This document shows, one piece after another, positions 1 through 9,339 of a DNA stretch of 32,994 nucleotides; position 1 is the first letter of the stretch; every line of letters begins with the position of its first letter. The notes beneath the pieces are model-generated. The model had not been told where the DNA came from, did not search any database, and saw only the letters and a program-made list of their open reading frames with translations. The stretch comes from Octopus bimaculoides (lineage: Eukaryota), in the NCBI RefSeq assembly GCF_001194135.2, contig NC_068990.1, positions 52,230,287-52,263,280 of the forward strand, read 5' to 3'. A program made the translations under genes and the position numbers.

Positions 1-245
1 ACGGCACTTCCATGTCGGTAGAGTTTATCTCGAACAGGTAGCACACCTCGGTAGCACTGCCAGGCGAGGGACCTTTGGAAATTATCCATGGGCCCCGGCC
101 CGAAAGTTCTCCTGAACAGACTGCTTAGCTGATTATCCTCGATGCCTAGAGTTTCCCCGAGAACGTCGTCGCACTTTTCTCCCACTAACCCTCTATAGAA
201 CGCTAGAGTGGATCTACTACCGATCGCACTGCCCGCCTGAATAAC
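1..245 (-). mobile_element. Tx1-clade LINE ORF2 C-terminal fragment (second copy, 5'-truncated, continues beyond window start)
   Basis: Aligns nearly ungapped to 900-1090 plus 2507-2550 of the long Tx1 copy (e.g. gcacttccatgtc.gtagag, ggtagcactgccaggc, ttggaa.ttatccat.ggccc). The minus strand reads ...FQRSLAWQCYRGVLPVRDKLYRHGSA. It begins immediately after the AATAAAGAA 3' end of the long copy. Confidence 0.85.
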
Positions 246-252
246 GATAGTT

Positions 253-1089
253 CTTTATTGGCCACAAGGGCTGAACACAAAACAAATAGAGACAATACAA
301 AACTTGAACAAGTAGGGTTTAATACAAAAATCGAGTAAACAATAAAATAAAGATGACAACAATACAATTAAACAATAAAATTCCCCAAAAGGTGGGAAGT
401 TCCTCACAGGGATAACCGAGGAACCCCACACATTCTGATTATTCTGACTGCCAGATGCACTTCAATAGGCACCTCTCTCCCTCTCAACTCCTCTGGTTTA
501 CAAACGAAAGTTCGGAGTAGGCCCATTCACATGGGCCATCTTCACGACATGCACCCACCTTTCAACAAATTTAGTGGTGGGGGCGGAACTTCCCTCTCTA
601 CTCTCACTTGATAAGTGGAGCTTGATAGAGTTAATGAGGGCTTGGCTGAAGAGGAAAGTATCTGTCTTCAGTTCACCACACTACCCCCTTCACCATAGCC
701 ACCAGACAAAGGAAAACTATCTTTCTTTCCTGACCAAAGGAAGGCGGCAGAGCAATCTTTGCAATGGACTCAGCTGATAACAGGATCTGTCTTACACGTG
801 ATAACAGTTGTTCGACAAAGCTCCACAAGTCGGTAATGCACGGACACTGGACGAGTGCATGCAGGACAGTTTTGTCTCCCTGCACACGTCAGACAGGTCT
901 GTCTGACAGCACTTCCATGTCTGTAGAGCTTGTCTCAAGCCAGCAGAACTCCCTGGTAGCACTGCCAGGCCAGGGATTTTTGGAAGTTATCCATAGGCCC
1001 TGGCCCAAAAGTCCTCTGGAAAAGACCAGTTAATTGATCCAGAGTTTCTCTGAGGACGTCGTTGCTCTTGCCCGCTATTGATCCCCTAT
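253..1089 (-). mobile_element. Tx1-clade LINE, 3' portion (ORF2 C-terminal zinc knuckle, 3' UTR, AATAAA)
   Basis: Minus translation KTVLHALVQCPCITDLWSFVEQLLSR...FLCLVAMVKGVVW is the L1/Tx1 C-terminal CCHC region. It is followed by a T-rich UTR ending ccttgtggccAATAAAgaa at ~253. It is collinear with 2507-6238 once the 1090-2506 insertion is removed. Confidence 0.88.
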
Positions 1090-1197
1090 AGGGCTTTCCT
1101 ATAAGTAGGTTATCTCCCTTGGCCAGGCGGCGTTCCATGTAGACAATTAAACTTCCACAAGACTATCTACGCTATTGTTATTGTTTTACGTCTTATC

Positions 1198-1350
1198 ATG
1201 GATATAAAGCAATTCGATGATTCAGCTATCGAAATACTTACTGTGCCTGAGTTAAAGAAATATTTAAGATTATATGGACAGTATGTTACTGGAAGAAAGG
1301 CGGACTTGATTGAAAGGTATAAAAATTCTGTCGATATGTTAACAAAGTAA
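1198..1350 (+). pseudogene. SAP-domain N-terminal remnant of a transposon accessory gene (50 aa; not in ORF track)
   Basis: MDIKQFDDSAIEILTVPELKKYLRLYGQYVTGRKADLIERYKNSVDMLTK*; LTVPELKKYL...G..VTGRKADLIER fits the SAP consensus. A possible splice donor lies at gaaag|gtat. Confidence 0.75.
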
Positions 1351-1811
1351 ATTCATCGGACGATAAGTCTGAGGTATCGGACGATACTTCAGACAGGAAT
1401 AAGCAGAAGTATTGCCTGATCCCAATCTGCTTTCAGCAACCATTCACTGATTTGGCCATGAGCATGATGAGGTGTAGAAGAGGTAGGGACAGTCACACTA
1501 TAAAGTCTAATAATTAGAGGAATATTAGATTCAATGCTGTAAATTTATTATTTAATCAAACACACACACACACACACACACATATANNNNNNNNNNNNNN
1601 NNNNNNNNNNNNNNNNNNNNNNNNNNNNNNNNNNNNNNNNNNNNNNNNNNNNNNNNNNNNNNNNNNNNNNNNNNNNNNNNNNNNNNNNNNNNNNNNNNNN
1701 NNNNNNNNNNNNNNNNNNNNNNNNNNNNNNNNNNNNNNNNNNNNNNNNNNNNNNNNNNNNNNNNNNNNNNNNNNNNNNNNNNNNNNNNNNNNNNNNNNNN
1801 NNNNNNNNNNN

Positions 1812-1963
1812 GAAGTAACTGAACGTCTTACCAGTATTCTCCGTACATCTGTTTATAAATAAATCACACACGTGATTTGATTGACGTTAGGGTTAGGGTG
1901 TGATTTATTTATAAACAGCTAGAAGAAAACGGATAATACTGGTAAGTCGTTCAGTTATTTCCC
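1812..1963. repeat. Palindromic MITE-like fold-back (~60 bp arms) with a TTAGGGTTAGGG-containing spacer
   Basis: gaagtaactgaacgtcttaccagtattctccgt...tgtttataaataaatcacac pairs with gtgtgatttatttataaaca...acggataatactggtaagtcgttcagttatttc. The left arm is cut by the N gap, and (CA)n/(TA)n tracts lie nearby. Confidence 0.8.
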
Positions 1964-2224
1964 TTGAATATTTTTATCCCCCTAAACTTGAAGATTACCA
2001 TATATATATATATATATATATAACGTATAATTACAGTAGTTATGCCTATATATATATATATATATATATAAAGAAAAATATCATAGCTAGGCTTACTCGA
2101 AATTCCCACATTCATTCAGAACATTAACAACAATTTCAATGTATTTATTATTTGAATGCAAAATTCTTTATTAAAAATACCTGTACATCAACAAAACAAT
2201 TATTAGATTAAACATTCGTGTTTA

Positions 2225-2410
2225 GCCCGACATTGACGAAATGCTGGGAACACATTTGGCTATTTGCAGTGTAAACAAAGTCTTTCCTCACAAGTCTCGA
2301 TCTCTGAAGCCAAATACGACGAATAGCTACATTTGCAGGATATCTGTGTAGTGAAATAACTTTGCTGTCTACATCTTCCCTCTATAATTGCTGCATATAC
2401 AGCAGTATTT
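2225..2410 (-). pseudogene. THAP zinc-finger remnant (transposase N-terminus), frameshifted
   Basis: Minus translation KYCCICSNYRG / (frameshift) DVDSKVISLHRYPANVAIRRIWLQRSRLVRKDFVYTANSQMCSQHFVN shows the C2CH THAP signature with the conserved P, W and CxxHF. Confidence 0.8.
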
Positions 2411-2506
2411 GCGTCTGCGGAAGTTAAAGCAAGTCACTGAGCATGCGTACATGTCATACGGGAGAGTTCCAATCAGGGGTGGATAACAACCTTATAGGAA
2501 TCCCCT

Positions 2507-5500
2507 ATAGAACTCCCTGGTGGAACTTCCAGTGACTGCATTACCCAACTAGCAGAAAGCTGTGAGTGCTTGCTAACACACCAGATGCCAAGCTCCCTTT
2601 CTTGGTCTATGTTTGATTCAGGACTGTAGCTCTGTCAATGAGATGAGCTATGGAAAATCCTGCTTGACAAAGGGCAACCACACTTGTTCACCATTAAGAA
2701 AGTGGGGGAGATGTTGCAGCCACAGCACATGTCTGCGCATCATTAGCCATGGCACACCCAGTCCTCCACTCAGCGGCTGTTGATAACAGATGGACTGTCT
2801 GACGAGTGAAACACGACCTTTCCACAGAAAGCGGAAGAGCAATTGCTCCAGCTTGGTCACTCATGAAGCAGAGCAAGAAATCACGGTCAGATGGTAGTAG
2901 ATGACGGAAGCGATATATGCATTTGTCACCTCTGCCCGACCTTTCAGAGACAGCTTCTTCTCTGCCCATTTCTGGGTGAGATTGGCTACCTTGCTCGTCA
3001 CTTCCCCCCAGTTCTTGTCCACCTGGAGGTCCAGACCCAGAGCAATTTAACTGGTCCTTCCATCCTGTGCCCTACCACACTGTCAGTTGGCATGGACTTG
3101 CTGCAGGCCTACCGACTTGCCCTGATTAATTCTTACTCCTGTCACTGCTTTATACTCTCTTAAAGTAGAGCTGATCACATTGATTTCCGAGCTGTCCAAC
3201 ATTATTAAGCCAACATGAAACTTCAGCATCTTAGATCACACGGAATGCCCCTCGAAATATCCAACTTCCTCAGTAATGGCTTGAGAGCCAGCACATGCAG
3301 AAGGAGAGAGAGTGGGCATTCTTGATGGATCGAGCAAGCGAAGCTAAACGATTCCGAAAGATGACCGTTTACTTTGACCACCGAACAGATGCCACTATAC
3401 AATGCAGTGATTCAGCCTCTGAAAACAGGACCAAAACTGGCCGCTGAGAGGACAGCCTCCAGGTATTAATGGTCGACCCTGTCAAAAGCTTTTGATTAAT
3501 CTAAATTGATCAGAGCCCCACCCATGCCATAGTCCTTCCCTATCTTCTCTATGATGTAGCTCATGAGGTGGAGGTTGTCATGCATAGATCTGTTCAGAAT
3601 AGCACATGTCTGCGTGTTACTGACCAGCTTACTGATGACAAGCACCACTTCTTGGCTAACACCTAGGCCAAAATCTTATAATCTGCGTTTAGCAGTTATA
3701 GGCCTAAAGTTATCTAATTGATCCCCCTTATTCGGGTCCTTTCTCAGCAGTACCACCACACCATGGCTCACAGCACTGAGTATTCTCCCATTCTGCTGCT
3801 GGTTGTGGTAGACATCTGTTAAGAGATCATTGAACAAGTCTGGAATATGAAGACAAAGCTTGCAAGGGAGACCATCCAGCCCCAGAGACTTCTCTCTTAT
3901 GCAGGCCTTCATGGCATCCCATATGTCTTCAGCTATTATCAATATTTCGCAGAACTCCACACCCCTGGCCAAAAGGCGCAGCATGCCACCAAGGTAGGAG
4001 ATGAAATCTACCTTGACACACCATGTGCCCTAAACAGTTTGGCGAAGTGCTGCTGAAATTCCATACATGTCTGCTTGGACTCATGTTGCATACACCCGTC
4101 CCAGCCCACCAAAGACTGAATTGTGACTTTGTTTCCATGTTGCACCTCTGCCACCTGGGCCCATCAAACAGCTTTTGTTCCCTTGTGTCTTAGAGTATGC
4201 ACCCTAGCTCTGACAATGCAATCTTCATGCTTGGCATCGAAGAATTGATCAAGAACCAATCTCACCACCATCACATCAGTCGCAATGCCGCTCCTAAGCA
4301 CCTCATCTATCTTCCTAACTAGCTCTCCCTCTATCTTAGATTCCTCTAAGGCTAGTTCTAACTAAATCCTACTGCCTCTACTCTAATAGCCCTTTTCAGG
4401 GCTATCCACCAACGGTTGTTGATGACTGTGTCTACCAACTTCTGAAGGACTAGCTTGCTAACCCAGTTTCTGAGAAAGACATGTTCAGCTTCCAGTACCC
4501 GGGCCCTGCCTGTGGATCCTATTTAGGTCGACTGTGCAGATCACAAATTTGTGGTCGGTGTAGCTGACTACTTTGAACTGTGGACAACCTGTGCTATTTC
4601 TATCTACTGGCCTACAGAATATCCTATCTAAATATGATCTGGAAGACCCTGTGCTGTTTGCTCATGTCCACATTGGTGCATTCGGGAAGTCCAGTTGGTA
4701 CCTGTCAGCCAATTGGAAATGACTGAGCAGGTTTGAGGCTTTTGTAATCCCCTCTCCTAGCAGCTAGCCCTACCCTGTCCAAGCGTGCATCCAAAATGGC
4801 ATTCCAATTGCCCACTAGAACTAAAGAACGAGAGATCTCAAGGAAAACTTCCAAATGTCTGAAGAAATCTGGCTTCCCCACCCCAGTTGGGGCGTATACA
4901 GTAACTAGTCTGAAAGAACCACCTTTGCTGCTGTCCACATCCAGGACCACCAACTTACCTTCCCGGTTCAGGAAGATCATCCGTACCTCGAGATCCAGGT
5001 TTTTCCTAAACAGCACAGCTACCCCACCCCCACCCTATTCCAAGCCGACTAAGAGATGCATAGATCTCGAAATCTTCAAAATTGGGAGCATATTGCATGT
5101 GTCAGAAATCCTGGTTTCGTTGACAGCTGTCACATCCCTAGATAGTGACCTGAGGTTGTTGAGCAGGCAACCCCAGGCCACGAACATTTATGCTACCTAC
5201 TCTTAAACACCCCATGATGACCGGACAGAATTTAGAGAAGACACAGAAAGGCATCTACTTACCATTTGGATATCACTGGAAGTCAGGTGGCTCAACGTCC
5301 ATGAATTGTTGGGGTTCCTCTGGAAACCCCTTTAAAAGCCTACTCATGACCTTTACATTAGAGGTTCCCACGTCTTGCAGGAAGCTCTTCCTAATGAGTT
5401 TATATACTTTTATAGATATCCGCACCAATGCCAATGCTTCTGGCACTTGAAAGGTGCTGGTGCCAAGGATCACACCCTCTCTCTCGATATCTTTCCTTTG

Positions 5501-6238
5501 TGATAGGAGGTCTATCAATTGTTTATTTGACCTCCTCACTAGCACGAAGTTTGGTGTTTGTGTGGTTGCTTGTTGCTGTTGGGAGTGTCTTCTTTTGGTC
5601 GGTTGTTGCAATTGGCGTAGTGTTGAAAGCGAAGTTTCTCATTGTGGTGCTGGAGAGGTTGGTGATGCTGTAAGTTTGTCTGTGGCAGTTGGTGTATTTT
5701 CTATGTTATTTGATGTGGGACTTGGGGGGGGGGGTCCCTCTCATTTTCGCTGTGTTGCCAATGAATCTGAGTCTGTGGAATCAGTGAATGGGTCGATGGG
5801 GTTTGAAATAGATGGAGAGAGGGAAGGAGTGGGAGAGCTTTGTTGTGGGAGCCCCTGGGTGCTGTGTCTGTTCCTTTGTATTATCTCTTCTGCTGTTAAG
5901 GCAAGTAAAGCTGATACACCTATTGCTGATGTTGTTGGTGTTGCTGAAGTTGCTGGTGTTGTTGCTACTGTGACTGATAGTGATGATGTTGCTGGGGTTG
6001 CTGTTGATGCAGGTGTTGGTGATTTTCCTTCATTATTGGTTTTGCTGTTTTTGTTGATGATGATGCCGTTGTTGCCATTGGTATTGCTTTTGTTACTAGT
6101 TGTTGTTGTTGAGGCTTTGGGGGACCTAGTGTTGGAAAATTTTCTACTAATACAGGTTGTTTGGTTGGACTGTTAGTTGATATGGCTGGCAGTCAATTAA
6201 GTGTAGGTGGGAGAAGATTTTTAAGAGTAGCATTACCA
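2507..6238 (-). mobile_element. Tx1/L1-clade non-LTR retrotransposon, degraded: low-complexity ORF1 remnant plus ORF2 (APE endonuclease + RT)
   Basis: ORF2 starts at 5215 with MGCLRVGSINVRGL. APE motifs: FRLVTVYAPTG, LVLVGNWNAILD. RT motifs: KSLGLDGLP, VVVLLRKDPNKGDQLDNFRPIT, CPLSP; later LFRFLWKG...QQPLSGGLGVP. ORF1 region 5273-6238 is T/S/N/Q-rich. There are multiple stops, frameshifts and deletions. Confidence 0.9.
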
Positions 6239-6239
6239 A

Positions 6240-6447
6240 GTTATTATTGTTAGTTTTTGTTTCCATTTCTTGCAAAGTATCTTCCCAACACCTATGGCAA
6301 AGAAACTCACTGCATATAATTGATAGGTCATTAAAGTTGTTCATTTACAAAGTCAAATTATGTGAAAGAAAAAAAAGAAAAAACTTACATAGGCTGTAAT
6401 CATTCTCACAGTGACAATGCTCTTCTCAATATGTATGATGTACCAAT
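6240..6447 (-). mobile_element. R4/Dong-clade retrotransposon 3' tip (last codons + 3' UTR + TAA tail)
   Basis: Minus GTSYILRRALSL* is homologous to the ...TGLSHVLRRALLL* end at 13480-13520. The UTR is similar to 12860-13050 (gtttccatttcttgc, ttgataggtcattaaa, gttcatttacaaagtca). It is bounded by (TAA)n on both sides. Confidence 0.7.
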
Positions 6448-6489
6448 TATTATTATTATTATTATCATTATTCATTATTATTTTCTCTT

Positions 6490-7300
6490 TGTCATAGGTT
6501 TTGTTGGAGTTCCTGGAGTCTTGCATGCATAGTGGGCTTACTACCTGCAGCCTACAGTACCATGTTATTCATTCTTTTCAGCTATCTAATACTTTCCTGA
6601 TTATTCTGGCTGTGCCAAGGAGGCAAACCTTTTGTAATAGTTCTACTGGGCACTCAATTCCAATTTCTTTTATATTCCTCTTGATGCCTTCTGATACTAT
6701 TCCCAAGGACCCAACAATAATTGGCACTATCTTCACCTTCTGTTTCATATTTAAGAGGGTTGTATCTAGCTATCTTTTCATTAATATTTCAATAATTGAC
6801 ACTATCTTCACCGGGCTATTTCATATTTAAGAGGGTTGTATCTATCTATCTATCTTTTCATTTTCCTCCTTGACTATTCATGGGTCAAAGGGGCGTGCAA
6901 CATTAACTATATAGCATATGTAGTGCACCTTGTCCACCACCACTAGGTCCAGTCTGTTATGCTGTAGCACCTGATCTGCTTGGATAGGGAAATACCAGAG
7001 GATTTTGTTAGTCTCTGACTCTGCTGCTCTCTGTGGTCTGCGCTCATACCACGTCTTGCCTCTCTCTAGCCCCCACTTTTCGTAGTTTCCAATGTAGCAC
7101 TTTCACTATCTGGTCATGTAGCCACAACTTGTAGTGGTTTTGGACAAGTCTAGGGCATTCATTCATGATATGGGCAATGGTTTCATCCACCCTACTGCAG
7201 ATACGACACAGCAGAGACACTTGCTCATTCCTAAGGTTGACCCTCCAGTTCGTGGCCAAAGCTTGGTCCAGCACTGCCAGTATAGTGCTTCAGCCTCTTT
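6490..7300 (-). mobile_element. R4/Dong-clade retrotransposon, 5'-truncated (CCHC knuckle + restriction-like endonuclease)
   Basis: CRICSRVDETIAHIMNECPRL..HD; KILWYFPIQADQVLQHNRLDLVVVDK; VKIVPIIVGSLG...LLQKVCLLGTARIIRKVLDS*. It has a (TAA)n tail at 6447-6482 and an internal ~60-70 bp tandem duplication at 6727-6862. Confidence 0.85.
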
Positions 7301-7369
7301 TTTTTTTCATTCTTTGTCATTCTTGTTGTTGTTGTTATTATTTTTATTTTTTTATTATTATTATTATTT

Positions 7370-9330
7370 CATATACACGCAACAGATTAAACTGTTAGAA
7401 AAGGAAAATTACTAACATCGGGCTACCACAAGTAATCTTCCTAAGTATTCTAGCTGTCCCTAATAACACTGTTTTCAGGAGTTGTACCAAAATAAGCTTT
7501 GTGCTTATTTCTTCTGTTCAAATCTTTAGGAATAGTTTCTAATGCACCTATAACTATAGTGATACATTTAACCTGCACTTTCATAGTCTCTGTAACTCAA
7601 TGGCTATATGTCTTGGTATTTGCTATTTTCTCTATACCTCTCATATTGACTTTCCTATTATTTGAGATTGTAAAGTTCATTATCTTTCACTTTCTATTCT
7701 CTTTTTCTACTACTACTAAATCAGGTTTTCTAGCTTCTATCACTCTATCTGAATGTTAAAGTCCCACAACATCTTAGATTTCTTACTTTCTGATATTTTA
7801 CTAGGTTCATGTTCATATCATTTATGTGTATGGTCAAATCTTAGCTTTCTACATAACTCTCAGTGGATTACTCTGCCTGGGTCGTCATGTCTTGTATTCT
7901 TTCTAGCATGCTACATTCACTTACTATATGAGTAACACGTTCTTCCTTTGATTTACATAACCTACACTAGGAATCTACTTGGTTTTGTCTGTCTTGGCTT
8001 TTATCCAATTAGTCCTCAATGCTTGATCTTCCGTTGCTACTAACAAATTTTCTGGCTCCCTTTTCAGCCTTTCTTTCAGCAACCACAACCATGTCTCACT
8101 ATTACTATTTCCTGCAACTATCTTTGGGAATCTACCACGCAAAGCCTTTTCTTGCCAGTCAGACAATCGTTCTTCCTTTTTCTGGTTTTTAACTTCATAT
8201 AACTTTTTGATCTCCCTATGTCCTAGCAGCTCTTAATAAACTTTCTTCAGTTACCTATACAGAAGGCTATATCTACTCTAGCTAACCCTACGTAGTCTTC
8301 TACTGATATTAACCCTCTTTCACCTTCCTTTCTAGGTAAGTATAATCTTGTTATCCCTGCTCTTGAGTGAAATCTTCCATTTGTATTGAATTCCTTCCTA
8401 ATTCTTCTGTCTAGATTCACTAATTCAGATTTTGTCCAATCTACAGAAGCTTCTGAGTATCTCAGTAATGATACTGTTCAAGTATTTACAGCCTTCACTA
8501 GATTCAGACCATTTAGCCTTTACTCCTTTAGCTTCCTCACCCTTCTGATGTACTCCTTCTCAATTTTCATTTTCATTTCTATAGTTAGTACTCTGTCAGA
8601 TTCTAAAACTCCTAGATACTTTAACTCTCTCCTTCTTTCAGTGATTTTAATGTTTGGCCATCTGGTATTTGGATGCCTTCCCTGCTGACTACTGTCCCCT
8701 TTTCATAACTAATATTGCACATTTATCTATACCAAATTCCATGCCTATATCTTTGCTGAAGGATCTTACAGTTTATATTAAGGAATCTATCTCTGTTTTA
8801 TTCTTACTAAAAAGCTTCAGATCATGCATGTAGAGCAGATGGTTAATTTTTCCTTTACTATTTCTGAACTGATACCCTGTCTTTGCCTTCCTTGATAGTA
8901 AATTGAGAGGGATTAAACATAAGACAAATATTAAAGGGGATAACGAGTCTCCTTGAAAAACTCCTCTCTTGATATTAACTTTTCCTCGGGCTGTGTCACC
9001 TGAATAGAGATCTACTTACCATTTCTTCATGATAAAGCTAATTAATTCTCTTATGTTGTCTGCAATACAGAATATACTCAAACATTCACTAATCCATGAA
9101 TGTGGAATCATGTTATAGGCTTTCTTATAATCTATCCATGTTATTGTTAAATTTTTTTTTCTAGGTTTTACTTAATGTTAAACTGCTTTGTCTATATATA
9201 AGAGATCATGCATTCCTCTAGACTTCTCTCTGCAACCTTTCTGTTCTGGCTGCAAATTCTGGCTGTGAAGGTGCTCATAAATGCTTTCTGAGAGCATTCT
9301 TGTCAACAGCTTCCACATTAATGGCAAGTA
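7370..9330 (-). mobile_element. R4/Dong-clade retrotransposon fragment (RT + knuckle + REL endonuclease)
   Basis: WIDYKKAY, NIKRGVFQGDSLSPLIFVLCLIPL, KINHLLYMHDLKLF, WQEKALRGRF, DQALRTNWIK, LWDFNIQ...ARKPDLVVVEKE. TAA/CAA-type tail at ~7320-7370. Confidence 0.88.
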
Positions 9331-9339
9331 TTACATACA

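Larger units (their letters stand above)
1090..2506. mobile_element. Internally deleted (non-autonomous) DNA transposon, ISL2EU/PHIS-like, with imperfect TIRs and an AT (or TATA) target duplication
   Basis: Left end AGGGCTTTCCTATAAGTAGGTTATC; reverse complement of right end AGGGGATTCCTATAAGGTTGTTATC. Flanks are cccc-TATA...TATA-gaac, and the uninterrupted paralogue at ~190-200 reads ccctcTATAgaac. It contains SAP (+) and THAP (-) remnants pointing inward. Confidence 0.78.

Noticed and set aside
935-1138. ORF MERRLAKG...
   Set aside because: It is a chimeric reading across the Tx1/DNA-transposon junction at 1090, not a real gene.
5454-6176. 240-aa + strand hydrophobic ORF resembling a membrane protein
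   Set aside because: It is the antisense reading of the low-complexity (AAC/ACA-rich) Tx1 ORF1 region.
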